Source of the DNA: a virus
Lineage: Duplodnaviria > Caudoviricetes
DNA length: 34,865 nt
Direction: 5' to 3' (one strand)
Virus record (IMG/VR): IMGVR_UViG_3300033094_000132
Location: 1 to 34,865 of that record
Shown: positions 25,317-34,865 of the stretch, piece by piece
How positions within the stretch are numbered: the stretch's first letter is position 1
How the letters are laid out: every line of letters begins with the position of its first letter
Notes under the pieces: model-generated
Database searches by the model: none
The model's input: the letters and a program-made list of their open reading frames with translations, nothing else
Told to the model about the DNA's origin: nothing
Program-made: the position numbers and the translations under genes

Positions 25317-25955
25317 TTAAGTATATTGGAATTTATACCCTTTAACAATTTTGTTATTTTTTAGACCTCTCATAACAGAATGCCTACTCATATTTAAATC
25401 TTCAGCACATAATGACTTTGCTATATATCTTCCAATATAATTATCATTTTTATACACATCAAACTCTTTGCATCCTTTATTTTGAGATATTTTTATTTTA
25501 GAATAATCTGAATGCTTTTTACCAAACAAAGGATGATTTTCTCCCTGAAGAGCATCAGACATTTTTCTTCTTGCATCTTCAGTATGAGTTCTACCTTTAG
25601 TCAAAGAACCATATGTATTACCCAAATTTCTTATAGATATACTTTTTCTTCTTTCTTGACTAAATTTTATATTTAATGTTCCTTCTCCACCATCTGTCAT
25701 ATTTGCTAATATTCCAGTGTTTGTATTTTTCCTTCCATATAGACTTATCAACTCCTTTTCTTTTTCACAAGCCTCTTCCCAAGTTAAATCATCCATGAAT
25801 ATTTCTACTTCATAACTACTATTATTGACTATATTATTCCAAATCGGATTTCTTTTTCTTGATGAATATGCTCTGTAATATCTTTTATCCGTACCTATTC
25901 CTATGTAGAAAGGTTCGTTTTTATCTGTCCTAATATGTCTATAAACGTATGCCAT
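25317..25955 (-). mobile_element. Free-standing GIY-YIG-like homing endonuclease 2 (212 aa)
   Basis: True start ATG 25955 (MAYVYRHIR); FYIGIG, NMTDGGEG and NUMOD3 GENHPLFGKKHS motifs. Confidence 0.8.
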
Positions 25956-25956
25956 T

Positions 25957-27954
25957 TTACTTCTTCTTAACCACAACATTTCTAACCCACTGATGCCTAC
26001 AACTTGGTGAATCTCCCCACCATCCACCGCCTCTATCAAAAACAGAGTAACCAAGTCTTGCACTCAGCATCTCAATTCCTTTCCTTGTCCAAAACTTATC
26101 CTCTGCAATCAACTTCCTGCAAAATTGCCTTGAAGGATGTGCAGCCGTATCACGCTGAGAAGATGGGACAATCGGTTTCCACTCATAAGAGTATCTAACC
26201 TCAAATGTTGTTACCTCCATGTCATCAACCAACTTGCTCAAAGGTTTAGTCAGTTTCCTTTCTTCTATTTTAGGATTGTAATTGATTGCACCCGATTCAA
26301 CCAAGTAACTCAATCTACCCTGAACTACATCACGACTTTTTTTTACCGCCCCTGCAATGTCATCAATGCTTATTTTCGGGTCTTTATCAATCAAGGCAAG
26401 GATTTGCTTATCCAATGCTCTATCTATCAAGGAATCGTCTGCAAATGCCTCTCTCGCACTAAATACTGCCTTTGATGCAAGGATGTTATAATTGCTCTTA
26501 GGTTCACCACATTCACTGAACATACCAATAACTGTATCCTCATCCAATGCCGAAAATTGGAAGTCATCAGTACTTGGGTCATCATCTATCCCGAGCATTG
26601 TGTTTATTTCATCATCCTTCATTCCAAGACCTGCTTTAAGCATAGTGGTTGCAATCTCTTTGGTTATCTTACCTTGAGAGAACTGCCTGATAACTCGCAT
26701 AAGTTGCTGATATTGTCTACCGCTTAAGTTCTTTAAGTTATCGTTTACCTCGGCTTGTACTTGGTCTACTGTTGGTTGATTAGTAATATTTTCATCTATT
26801 ACTGGCTGATATTTAGATACATCGATACCCGCCTTCTCCAATAACCACTCTTTAGGTGCAATCTGCAAAAGTGCTGCCTCACTCAACTCAAACCCAATAG
26901 GTTCTACTGGTATAATTGTAATTTCGGAAGTGGCACCCCTCAACCTTGCAAGTTGATTAAATACCGCCTCAATGAATTGTTGCTTATCATTTACATAGGT
27001 GTTCTTAAATATCTCATAAGAATCACGCATCTGTGTACGACTGCCCAACTGCCCAGGTTCAGCAATACCGAAAAGACTTGGTGAGGTAATCTGATGCCCT
27101 GCGAAAAGGTTATTCTGTATAATCAAATCAACCCTTGTGAAATCCTCCTTTGTGATATCTGATGCACCTAAGTCCTCAATAATAGGTTTCCTTGCAGGGT
27201 CGGTTGTAAATGATAAGATAAATTTCTTACCATCTGAACCGCTAAACCTATCCGTAAACCTTCTTTCAATGTTCCTTTTCTCATCAGGGGAAGGTTCACC
27301 ATTGGGAAGGGTAATAAGTTTGGATGCACTGAATCCGGTTTGAGCATTCCCCAAAACGTGTCTTGAGACTTCTATATCGGATTCTATATAGTTCAATGCA
27401 CCCATGTAACCCGGCAAAGCGTAAGTATCTAAACCCGGTCTATATTCCTTTACATAAAGTATCTGCTTACCTTGTTTAACTTGGGTATTAAATGCCATCA
27501 TTGGCATTGCATCCATCTTGTTGTCCTTCCAATCTTTTTTGTACCAAAACTGGGTATTGTCATAGTTGCACCTCATCTTGGTGTAGTCAATATGCAATAC
27601 ATCAACCAACTTACCACCCGTCAAGGACCAAATAACCTCAAGGTAAGCACCACCGAATATCTCAATGTCAATAGATACCTTCCTCGTTAAATCGTTCAAA
27701 GATTCAAACTGATTAGGTTGAGCAATGAACTGTTCTGCAATAGGGTCTTGCTCATCACTTCTCCAACCATTACCGATAATGTAATTAACCTTGCCTTTAA
27801 CGATTGCGTTATGTTTGGCACTCTTATTGTAAAGCGAAAGCAAATAGTTTGGGTAATCGTTCTTTTCACCAAACTCAATATACCCCTTACCCCTCTTTTC
27901 TCTGTACTCGGGTTGCCTTGCCTCTTGGAAATTTAATATTACTAAATCATTCAT
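25957..27954 (-). CDS. Portal protein with C-terminal wHTH and MuF-like extension
   Basis: Portal-like core (SAKHNAIV, GGAYLEV, GHQITSPSLFGI); AsnC-like HTH; RQFC...GGG...CRHQW terminus. Confidence 0.8.
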   Translation of the reverse strand: MNDLVILNFQEARQPEYREKRGKGYIEFGEKNDYPNYLLSLYNKSAKHNAIVKGKVNYIIGNGWRSDEQDPIAEQFIAQPNQFESLNDLTRKVSIDIEIFGGAYLEVIWSLTGGKLVDVLHIDYTKMRCNYDNTQFWYKKDWKDNKMDAMPMMAFNTQVKQGKQILYVKEYRPGLDTYALPGYMGALNYIESDIEVSRHVLGNAQTGFSASKLITLPNGEPSPDEKRNIERRFTDRFSGSDGKKFILSFTTDPARKPIIEDLGASDITKEDFTRVDLIIQNNLFAGHQITSPSLFGIAEPGQLGSRTQMRDSYEIFKNTYVNDKQQFIEAVFNQLARLRGATSEITIIPVEPIGFELSEAALLQIAPKEWLLEKAGIDVSKYQPVIDENITNQPTVDQVQAEVNDNLKNLSGRQYQQLMRVIRQFSQGKITKEIATTMLKAGLGMKDDEINTMLGIDDDPSTDDFQFSALDEDTVIGMFSECGEPKSNYNILASKAVFSAREAFADDSLIDRALDKQILALIDKDPKISIDDIAGAVKKSRDVVQGRLSYLVESGAINYNPKIEERKLTKPLSKLVDDMEVTTFEVRYSYEWKPIVPSSQRDTAAHPSRQFCRKLIAEDKFWTRKGIEMLSARLGYSVFDRGGGWWGDSPSCRHQWVRNVVVKKK

Positions 27955-28328
27955 CGTGTTATGTATGTATTGTCAACCTCGTGTTGAGTGTACTCAAAAG
28001 TTGTTGATGGTGACAGTTTCATTATCCCTTCTTCAAGCAACCCAGTCGCTTGGGTATAGTCTACATTATATGCACTCGTTTGCTCATAGACATAATACAA
28101 CCATTCTCCTATGTTGCCCAATCCAAAGTATTTAGGTACTTTGATGCTGAATTTATTGTATCTATCCTTATAAACAGATACATCCGCAGCATTAAGCAAA
28201 ACAAATGCTACCTCATCCCTTGTGGTTCTATTCACAAAACGGAAAAGATAGTTAGGAGAAGTCAATGTCTGCTTCTCCGTTAAGGTTAAATAAATGAACT
28301 CGGTTGCCCCTTGTGTCAATTGTATCAT
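27951..28328 (-). CDS. Structural hypothetical protein (125 aa)
   Basis: Start moved to ATG 28328, downstream of a terminator and CTATTTA. Confidence 0.7.
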   Translation of the reverse strand: MIQLTQGATEFIYLTLTEKQTLTSPNYLFRFVNRTTRDEVAFVLLNAADVSVYKDRYNKFSIKVPKYFGLGNIGEWLYYVYEQTSAYNVDYTQATGLLEEGIMKLSPSTTFEYTQHEVDNTYITR

Positions 28329-28334
28329 CAATAC

Positions 28335-28341
28335 TAAATAG
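28335..28341 (-). promoter_or_regulatory. Candidate late promoter motif CTATTTA
   Basis: CTATTTAGTA between a terminator and ATG 28328. Confidence 0.55.
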
Positions 28342-28362
28342 ATAATCCCTTGACTTTTACCC

Positions 28363-28392
28363 AAAAAGAAAGGCAACCGCTATGGGTTGCCC
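28363..28392 (-). terminator. Intrinsic terminator after the tail tube gene
   Basis: GGGCAACC-CATAGC-GGTTGCCT-TTCTTTTT. Confidence 0.85.
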
Positions 28393-28419
28393 TACTCATT
28401 CTAAACCTTATGTCCTATG

Positions 28420-28932
28420 TTACGCAGTCAGACCTGCTATAATTGAACTTGATACCTCGGGTGCAAGTGCAGGTTCATTGCCAGTGAAGGTCAATGTGTA
28501 ACCATTCCTATCTCCGAAGGCAGTACCAGTAGCACCATTTCCACCAGTCAAATCAGCACCATTTACCTTACCAAGCAACCAATATTTATCGTTACCATCC
28601 TGAACTACTGCAAGAAGGTTATTCTTAGCAAGTAACAAGATTTCGTTACGGGTATTTGCTTGAAGTTTGTTAAGGATAATTGACAATTCTTGAGCATAGA
28701 AAACAGTGCCATTTTCAACGGATGCAGTAATGTTTTCGGTCAAAGAAGATGTCTGCTTGACAAGTTGGTACTTGTAAAACACTTTACCTGCACTCTTGGT
28801 GATTGTAGTAACAACCCCTGATGCTTCTGTAATTGTGGTAACATCAGAGAAAGGAATAAACCAAACGGCTTTGATACCGCCTATTGACTCTTTGCAGTCT
28901 AATGTATAACCTTGAGTTAATGCACACGGCAT
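28420..28932 (-). CDS. Probable major tail tube protein
   Basis: 170 aa, beta-rich, GGIK and GYTLTFTG.E motifs; co-transcribed with MCP up to a strong terminator. Confidence 0.6.
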   Translation of the reverse strand: MPCALTQGYTLDCKESIGGIKAVWFIPFSDVTTITEASGVVTTITKSAGKVFYKYQLVKQTSSLTENITASVENGTVFYAQELSIILNKLQANTRNEILLLAKNNLLAVVQDGNDKYWLLGKVNGADLTGGNGATGTAFGDRNGYTLTFTGNEPALAPEVSSSIIAGLTA

Positions 28933-28950
28933 AGTATTAATATTTAAGAT

Positions 28951-28982
28951 AAGGAAAGGGATGGAAACCCACCCCTCACCTT
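28951..28982 (-). other. Hairpin between MCP and tail tube genes (weak terminator or stabiliser)
   Basis: GGGGTGG-GTTT-CCATCCC within AAGG/CCTT. Confidence 0.6.
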
Positions 28983-28990
28983 AAAGTTAT

Positions 28991-29941
28991 TTAAACGAAG
29001 AACTTAACAATCTCATCAGGGAAGGCAAAGTTAACTCCCATTTTGAATTCTGCTACAAAGCGAACTTGGTCTGCTTCTTTAGCGTAGAAGATTTCAAATC
29101 TTTCTTCTTCGTTCAAAAGGTCTGTACCCAAGAACAAGTTAGAAATCCTACAAGCAACAATCTTGCCAGTACCATTCAAGCCTTGAACTGCCATTACTTT
29201 CACGTTAGTACCTGGGAGGAAAAACTCACCATTTGCCTTACCATCAAACTGATAGTGATAAAGGTTAGAAGATTTCAATTTTACTGTGTAAGTACGGAAA
29301 ACATCCATACCGCAGAAAATAGTGATATCATCTTTATCAACAACAGATGCAGGGATTGCCTTGTAGATATCATCAAAAATGCTGATAACGTTTGCATCAG
29401 TGATTGCAGTTTCTACAACACCATGAAGTGCTACGCTATTTGCGTTTACAACTGCTGCACCTGCTGCGGTTATCAAAGTTGTGATACCTGAAAACTTGTT
29501 CAAGTTTACATCAACGCTTCCGGTGTTACCTTGCCAAATAGTGTTCTCAAGTTGCAAAGCGATTTTTTCAGCCTTACGGTTAGAATACTCTTCAGAATAA
29601 ATCATGCTATCGTAAGAAGAACCGGCAGGGAGTGCCTTCTGCAAATACTTTGCTTCCAAGTCCTTCAAGCACAATGCTTCGTTAACTTTGATTTTACCAA
29701 CGGTTACAGTCCTTTGTGTGAAAGAAGTTGTACCTGATGCATTGAATCCGCAAGATGAACCATCTTGGAAGATAGCATCTGTGTCCATGATGTTGATGGT
29801 TTCGGCAGACTTAACTCCGACCATTACGTTACCTTGCTCTTTAATCAAAGAAGCAGTTTTGCTACCAAGAACTGAAGATGCAACGAGGAGTGCCTCGTTC
29901 TCTTTAGTATATGCAGCCAATGTTCCTACTGAAAATGCCAT
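28991..29941 (-). CDS. Major capsid protein
   Basis: 316 aa after protease and scaffold; IWQGN and FSGI motifs typical of the HK97 fold. Confidence 0.85.
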   Translation of the reverse strand: MAFSVGTLAAYTKENEALLVASSVLGSKTASLIKEQGNVMVGVKSAETINIMDTDAIFQDGSSCGFNASGTTSFTQRTVTVGKIKVNEALCLKDLEAKYLQKALPAGSSYDSMIYSEEYSNRKAEKIALQLENTIWQGNTGSVDVNLNKFSGITTLITAAGAAVVNANSVALHGVVETAITDANVISIFDDIYKAIPASVVDKDDITIFCGMDVFRTYTVKLKSSNLYHYQFDGKANGEFFLPGTNVKVMAVQGLNGTGKIVACRISNLFLGTDLLNEEERFEIFYAKEADQVRFVAEFKMGVNFAFPDEIVKFFV

Positions 29942-29972
29942 TTTATTTAATTTTTATTTGTTTGAGAATTAA

Positions 29973-30554
29973 TTACTTTATTGATTTTGCGAATGCGAGG
30001 AAACGACCTACTTTGTCATCCTTGCTTTCAACATGAACGTTAAACTTGTCTTTGGGTTGCTCGGTTGCGTTTGCAGATGGAGTGTTCAAGATTTGAACTA
30101 AAACATCAGAAATGTCGCTGATACCTTTACTGAACTTCAACTCTTGATTAGCCAACTTCGCATCATAACTCATCTTGATTTCATCAAGTTGCTTCTGCAT
30201 TTCCTCAATCTTCTTCTTCATTAGGTCCTCGGCAACGGGCATTTCTACCTCTACCTCAATCTCAGGAACTTCTACCTCGGGAACTTTAACTTCAAGGATA
30301 GTTGCTGCCTCATCAAGAACGATGATAGAACCATCAATCAACTCATGTTCTCCGGCAGGTGCAGGGGTTTCAACTCCTGCCTCATCAATAAGGGAAACCT
30401 TACCGCCTACTTCCAACTTATCAATCATGACTTTAGCACCACTCTTAAGGGAGTATTCTGCGAAAGACTGGGTAGGTTCAACAGATGCTATTGGGAGTTC
30501 CCCTGCTTCTGCGAACATTTGCTTAATCTTGTTTATCGCTTCTAATGTTGTCAT
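29973..30554 (-). CDS. Scaffolding-like protein
   Basis: Acidic with coiled coil, APAGEHEL.DG motif, between protease and MCP. Confidence 0.65.
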   Translation of the reverse strand: MTTLEAINKIKQMFAEAGELPIASVEPTQSFAEYSLKSGAKVMIDKLEVGGKVSLIDEAGVETPAPAGEHELIDGSIIVLDEAATILEVKVPEVEVPEIEVEVEMPVAEDLMKKKIEEMQKQLDEIKMSYDAKLANQELKFSKGISDISDVLVQILNTPSANATEQPKDKFNVHVESKDDKVGRFLAFAKSIK

Positions 30555-30569
30555 AAATATCTTTAGTTA

Positions 30570-30576
30570 TAAATAG
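30570..30576 (-). promoter_or_regulatory. Candidate late promoter motif CTATTTA
   Basis: Intergenic, 15 nt before the scaffold ATG. Confidence 0.5.
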
Positions 30577-30609
30577 TTAGGTTTTCCCCATGTACCATAT
30601 AGGGCATTT

Positions 30610-31662
30610 TTAGCCGATTTGGGCGAGTACCCCCAATACGTTCTCCCATAGTTGCTCAATGCGTTTATCTCCCGTTTTTCGGTAGTTAAATTGCCCCTCA
30701 ACACTAAACCCTCTAACCTTGCCATCTTTTACCATCTGCCATACCTCATCATTGTCAACTTTGAACGAACCGAACCAAGACCCATCAGGTACATCCTCAA
30801 AACCTTTCATTGCTTTGATTCCCCTCTTGTCATCCTTAATCCAAGATTCAAACATTGTCATTCCCTCGGTTAGATTACCTTGCTCATGCATCAAGTTCAC
30901 ATTTGACTGGTAACCCTTCTTAAAGAACCTTTGTGCAATCTTTTTTATCGTTTCTTTAGTGAAAACCACATAATACTCCCCATTGTCATCGTTTCTGTAA
31001 ATGGGTGTATCTGCCAACATCAAAGGACCACTTATGATTCTTTCATCCTCGCTTTGGATTGCAAAGGTTTGTCTTTTTATTTGCTTAATCTTTGATTCTG
31101 CCCAACTCAAAGCAGTTTTACCACCCCAAGCATCGTACATCAACTTTCCGCATCCATCTTTATAACCTTTGGAGTTCTCCAAGTCTACTGCGTGTCTTGA
31201 AAGGTATGAGTACATTCTCTTAATGGTTTCAATGCTTATAGGTTCTCCCTTTGCCAACTGGTTTGCTCTTTGCTTTCCTACATCAGTACCGCAAGAACCC
31301 CAACCATTCTCCTTTGCCCAATCAAGTGCATTTTGTGCGTTATTCTTTACAGAATCGGGATAGTCATTATAGGAATCCTCTGCGAAGTGTTCAGTCCAAA
31401 TAGAGTTGCAGATTGCTACTGCTTGTTCAGTTTCTTTACCTTCATTGATTACATAAGATATGCATCTTGGGAGGAACTTGTCTTTACCTTCCCCGACTAT
31501 CGGATTAATAAACTTGTCATCCTTAAACATAAGGAACGACCTTTCAATTGCAGGTCGGTCAACAAGACTAACCACATCCACCTCAACATCATCCATTAAA
31601 TCACTGGTTATCTCTAAATTGTAAATTGGTATATTCTTTTCCATTGCTTTAATTTTATCCAA
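30610..31662 (-). CDS. Prohead protease, XkdF-like, with internal insertion
   Basis: SLVDRPAI, NLMH, PDGSW and GKVRGFSVEG motifs; start may be 31644. Confidence 0.85.
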   Translation of the reverse strand: MDKIKAMEKNIPIYNLEITSDLMDDVEVDVVSLVDRPAIERSFLMFKDDKFINPIVGEGKDKFLPRCISYVINEGKETEQAVAICNSIWTEHFAEDSYNDYPDSVKNNAQNALDWAKENGWGSCGTDVGKQRANQLAKGEPISIETIKRMYSYLSRHAVDLENSKGYKDGCGKLMYDAWGGKTALSWAESKIKQIKRQTFAIQSEDERIISGPLMLADTPIYRNDDNGEYYVVFTKETIKKIAQRFFKKGYQSNVNLMHEQGNLTEGMTMFESWIKDDKRGIKAMKGFEDVPDGSWFGSFKVDNDEVWQMVKDGKVRGFSVEGQFNYRKTGDKRIEQLWENVLGVLAQIG

Positions 31663-33355
31663 GTCTTGCTGCTCGGTTGATTCTTATTATTTTTTCTTGT
31701 TGGTTTGTAATGTCAGATTCTACAACGTATGCTCTACCCGTAGCAGAACCCATTTGATTTATAGATTGTTGATTTAACTGTGTAATGGTATTTTGAATTG
31801 GTGCAGTACTTGCTATTGGTGCAGCCGTATCTATTGCAGGTGTATTTCCACCTCCGACATTCCCTCCACCAGTTGCGGATGGTATTTTTGTGCTAATTAT
31901 TTTCCTAACATTAATCAATCCTGCTGCGATGGTCGCTGCTGCTGCTACTGGTCCAAAGATACCGCCTTGAGCAATCGCTTTGGATGCACCTTGATAAGTA
32001 TTGATAATTGCTTGAGTGACTGCGATTGCTTTTCCTGCTGCACTATTTTGGTCAACAAGACCGCCAATAATTGACAGAGATTGTTGTGCAAGACCTACTT
32101 GAGCATCAAATTTTTGTTTTTCTAGTTGCTTTTCATAATCGGTTAACTTCTTTTTAGCATCTGCCTGCTCTGTTGCTGATACTACAATTGCATTGGTTAC
32201 ACCTTTTGCGACTACTTGGGTAGCAACAAGTGCTTCTTGACCTGCTGAAGTAACTCCTAAGATTTGAGTTTTGACAAGATTTGCAGCAAGTTCCCTATCT
32301 CTTCTGATTAATTCTTGACCTTCGGCAAAGTCTTTTTTTTCTTGTGCAATCCTATCTCTTTCCTTTTGTGCCTCTGCTTCTCTTATTGCTTTTTTTCTTG
32401 CAACCTCTGCGCCTTCTGCATTAAGGTTCGCAACCTGCGAAGCAATTAATTGCTTTTTTATTTCAAGTTGATTCTTGTTTGCAGCATCTTGGTCTATGTT
32501 TGCTATTTCATTTTGAAATCTTTTTCTTGCTGCTATTCTTAATCTGCCTGATTGCTCTTCTATTGCCCTAATCTCTGCTTCACTTTTACCCTTTGCTTTT
32601 GCTTGTGCTACAAGTAATTGATTCTGTAAATCTATTGTTGCAAGTTCTGCCTCAAGTGCTACCTCTGCTCCTTTCTTTGTTGATTCATTCAGGTCATCTT
32701 GTGCCTTCTTGGCTTTCTCTGCTGCTGATGTGTAGTTTTGAAAAGCATTAACCAACTCGCCTACTGCTACTACAAGTAAACCTATACCAGTTGCAGCAAT
32801 AGCACCTTTGAGAACCTTGAAGGATGTTGATGTTGTTTCTACTGCAAACCCCAATGTTTTCATCACAGTACCAGTCAAAGCGGTTACTGCATTGTTTATC
32901 TTTTGGAAAGCAGTAGTGCTTTGGATTACTGCACCCAATTGCTTAAATGAGTCAACTGATTCACCTATTGCTTGGATTCCTTGAGAGAATGCCATTGCAG
33001 ACTGAACCTTCAAAAGTGTTTTTTCTACCTCTTCACTTTCTGCACCAAATAAACCAATAGCACCCTGGACCGCTGCGAATCCACCTGCAACACCTGATAA
33101 AGATGCAGTTAATGCTTTGAACTTTGCGTCAGGATTAAATGCATCTGTTAAGGCTTTAGCATCTCCTATGGCATCCTTTAACTGTGCTGCCTTCTTTGCT
33201 GCATTGATTGCCTCTTTTGATGTTGCACCAAACTTTTCAGATAGTGCATTTACCTCACCTTGCGCTTCTCGCAGTTGTTGCTTTAGAGAACCTACTGACT
33301 TACCTACATCACTCGCATCAACTTGTACCTTGACACCAATTATTTCTTCTGCCAT
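31655..33355 (-). CDS. Tape measure protein (566 aa)
   Basis: Ala-rich helical protein with hydrophobic segments; about 85 nm tail by the ~0.15 nm/residue rule. Confidence 0.8.
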   Translation of the reverse strand: MAEEIIGVKVQVDASDVGKSVGSLKQQLREAQGEVNALSEKFGATSKEAINAAKKAAQLKDAIGDAKALTDAFNPDAKFKALTASLSGVAGGFAAVQGAIGLFGAESEEVEKTLLKVQSAMAFSQGIQAIGESVDSFKQLGAVIQSTTAFQKINNAVTALTGTVMKTLGFAVETTSTSFKVLKGAIAATGIGLLVVAVGELVNAFQNYTSAAEKAKKAQDDLNESTKKGAEVALEAELATIDLQNQLLVAQAKAKGKSEAEIRAIEEQSGRLRIAARKRFQNEIANIDQDAANKNQLEIKKQLIASQVANLNAEGAEVARKKAIREAEAQKERDRIAQEKKDFAEGQELIRRDRELAANLVKTQILGVTSAGQEALVATQVVAKGVTNAIVVSATEQADAKKKLTDYEKQLEKQKFDAQVGLAQQSLSIIGGLVDQNSAAGKAIAVTQAIINTYQGASKAIAQGGIFGPVAAAATIAAGLINVRKIISTKIPSATGGGNVGGGNTPAIDTAAPIASTAPIQNTITQLNQQSINQMGSATGRAYVVESDITNQQEKIIRINRAARLG

Positions 33356-34865
33356 TAAATATAGTTTAATTCAATTACTTTAAGTAGTTCTACTTTGGTA
33401 GTGTTAAAGTCCATAGGGTTGTAATCCATGACTTTATTCAGCCTCCAAAGTGAACCATCAATATAAATCAGTTTACTAAAATCAAGGTTGTAGATATCAA
33501 CCTCATTTAACTTCAAAGAGCAAGTAAGTAACTTACTATCCTTATCCGTTATCTCTGCAATATACTCGGACCAATAACCTGCAAACAAGTTGGCTGCCGT
33601 TACTGCTGATGCATTATAAAACACTTCCTTAGTTGCACCCCAATTGATATCCGCTTGAGGATTGAATGGGTCATCAAGATGCCCTGCGTAACCGTATGCA
33701 GTATATGATGCCAATGTAGAACCACCTATTCCGTTCTGTATTGCCCATGTAGTCCTACCCGTTATCTTCTTTGCTTGAAGAATGCGGATAACGGAATCCA
33801 TCTTATCTTCTTTTGTGTTTTCATTAGATAGTTTGTAAATCGCAGAATATACCTTATCAGTTGCAGTCTTTTGGTAAAGTATTGTAGATGCAAAAGTTAA
33901 CTCGGTTGAATCCACCTCTTTTACAAACTCATTCTCACTATCATAAATCAAATCACCATATCCCTCATTGTACTTCTTGCGATAATTCTCAGCATAAAAG
34001 TCATTGTCTTGCTTATACTTATAATCATAGTACCGAGCAGTAAACTCCGACATTGGTTTAATCCTAATAACGCTACCTCTATCTACCTTATCGGTCCAAT
34101 CAATCTGACTGCCATCGTAAAAGTCAATGAATGGTTTAATGATAAGTTTCTTCTCAACCAACTTGTCCTCATAGACATAAAGGTTGAACATCTTAACTAT
34201 AGAGGCAAAGAAATCCTTTTGAAAGATTCCCTTTGGTATTGTGTCATCAATAACAATCGTATCACCATAATTGACAGTAACAAGAGTTGGATTGCTTGAT
34301 ACTACGTTAAAGTTTCCCGATTCAATATCTAAGTCTGAAAAGTTTCCTACAAGGTCAACATCTAAAGTATCGGTATTGACAAGTGTAACCGATGCCACAC
34401 TTAGGTCAGCATTAAAGTTGTAACCGCTTCCAGGGGTAGTGTAAGTAACACCCGAAATTGGTGTACCATTCTTTCTAAGTTGTATTGTAAAGTCACTTGA
34501 TGGACTTATTGCGTTAATAACTCCCGATATGCTTAATGCTATGCTTCCTGAGAATGCCGTGCCTGAGTTATAGGTAAAGTCGCTACCGCTTCCCGTAATA
34601 GTGAAGTTACCTGCATTTACAATATCAAACTCAACATTACCACTTGCATTGATATAGTTTTTAACTTTTGCAGTTGCTAATAATACTGTTGATGAACTTT
34701 TAGTTAAAGTCTTTTGATTGTTTGGTATAACTAAGCGATTCATCAAAGCCGTGCTAAGCAAAGGGAAATCGTAGGTATAACCTGACCCATCAAGTATCTT
34801 GGTTAGATATTGCTTTACAAACAAAGCAGGTCTAAATGCATCAAACGAAAAGTCAACCTTATTCG
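33355..34865 (-). CDS. 3' part of the 677-aa tail structural protein beginning at 523
   Basis: Open to the window edge; junction reads ...GVVS-T-NKVDFSFDAFRPALFVKQY. Confidence 0.9.
   Translation of the reverse strand, partial: NKVDFSFDAFRPALFVKQYLTKILDGSGYTYDFPLLSTALMNRLVIPNNQKTLTKSSSTVLLATAKVKNYINASGNVEFDIVNAGNFTITGSGSDFTYNSGTAFSGSIALSISGVINAISPSSDFTIQLRKNGTPISGVTYTTPGSGYNFNADLSVASVTLVNTDTLDVDLVGNFSDLDIESGNFNVVSSNPTLVTVNYGDTIVIDDTIPKGIFQKDFFASIVKMFNLYVYEDKLVEKKLIIKPFIDFYDGSQIDWTDKVDRGSVIRIKPMSEFTARYYDYKYKQDNDFYAENYRKKYNEGYGDLIYDSENEFVKEVDSTELTFASTILYQKTATDKVYSAIYKLSNENTKEDKMDSVIRILQAKKITGRTTWAIQNGIGGSTLASYTAYGYAGHLDDPFNPQADINWGATKEVFYNASAVTAANLFAGYWSEYIAEITDKDSKLLTCSLKLNEVDIYNLDFSKLIYIDGSLWRLNKVMDYNPMDFNTTKVELLKVIELNYI

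Noticed and set aside
25956-26063. N-terminal extensions given by the track (also 3910-3939, 13556-13594, 19322-19405, 24188-24244, 28329-28376)
   Set aside because: They overlap upstream genes, promoters or terminators; downstream ATGs fit paralogues and start context better.
529-34299. All plus-strand ORFs in the track
   Set aside because: They are short, lie antisense to well-supported minus-strand genes, and show no recognisable motifs.
1-34865. Diversity-generating retroelement, tRNAs, integrase/att site, stop-codon recoding
   Set aside because: No reverse transcriptase, template/variable repeat pair, cloverleaf or recombinase motif was seen; standard-code ORFs tile the genome and TAA, TAG and TGA all act as stops.

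Overview
The window is an apparently complete, circularly permuted ~34.9 kb tailed (siphovirus-like) phage genome: a tail gene starting at 523 (minus strand) reads in frame across the 1/34865 junction into 33355. All credible genes lie on the minus strand. A-rich start regions without Shine-Dalgarno motifs and TAnnTTTG promoters point to a Bacteroidota host (inference). Transcription order: early genes from ~16020 (24-aa membrane peptide, XRE HTH, single-strand annealing protein, SSB, replication initiator, VRR-NUC, ECF-like sigma factor); a glycosylation cassette (GT-B, GT2, PLOD/LH3-like GT, SAM methyltransferase); small and large terminase; a moron-like gene; a ~370-nt structured non-coding region; then tail, head, fibre and lysis genes in a non-canonical order. 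Two free-standing GIY-YIG-like homing endonucleases are present. I recognised no integrase, DNA polymerase, primase, helicase or tRNA. The most striking unexplained signals are RNA-level. (1) A candidate late sRNA (~16115-16192) has its own CTATTTA motif and terminator, and its seed is antisense to an AAATCACA motif at six early start codons. (2) Two leaders of unrelated sequence share one architecture: a hairpin whose loop has 8-bp complementarity to the loop of a downstream intrinsic terminator. (3) A structured non-coding transcript carries GGGGGTAGGGGG. All product calls are by motif recognition by eye, with no database searches.
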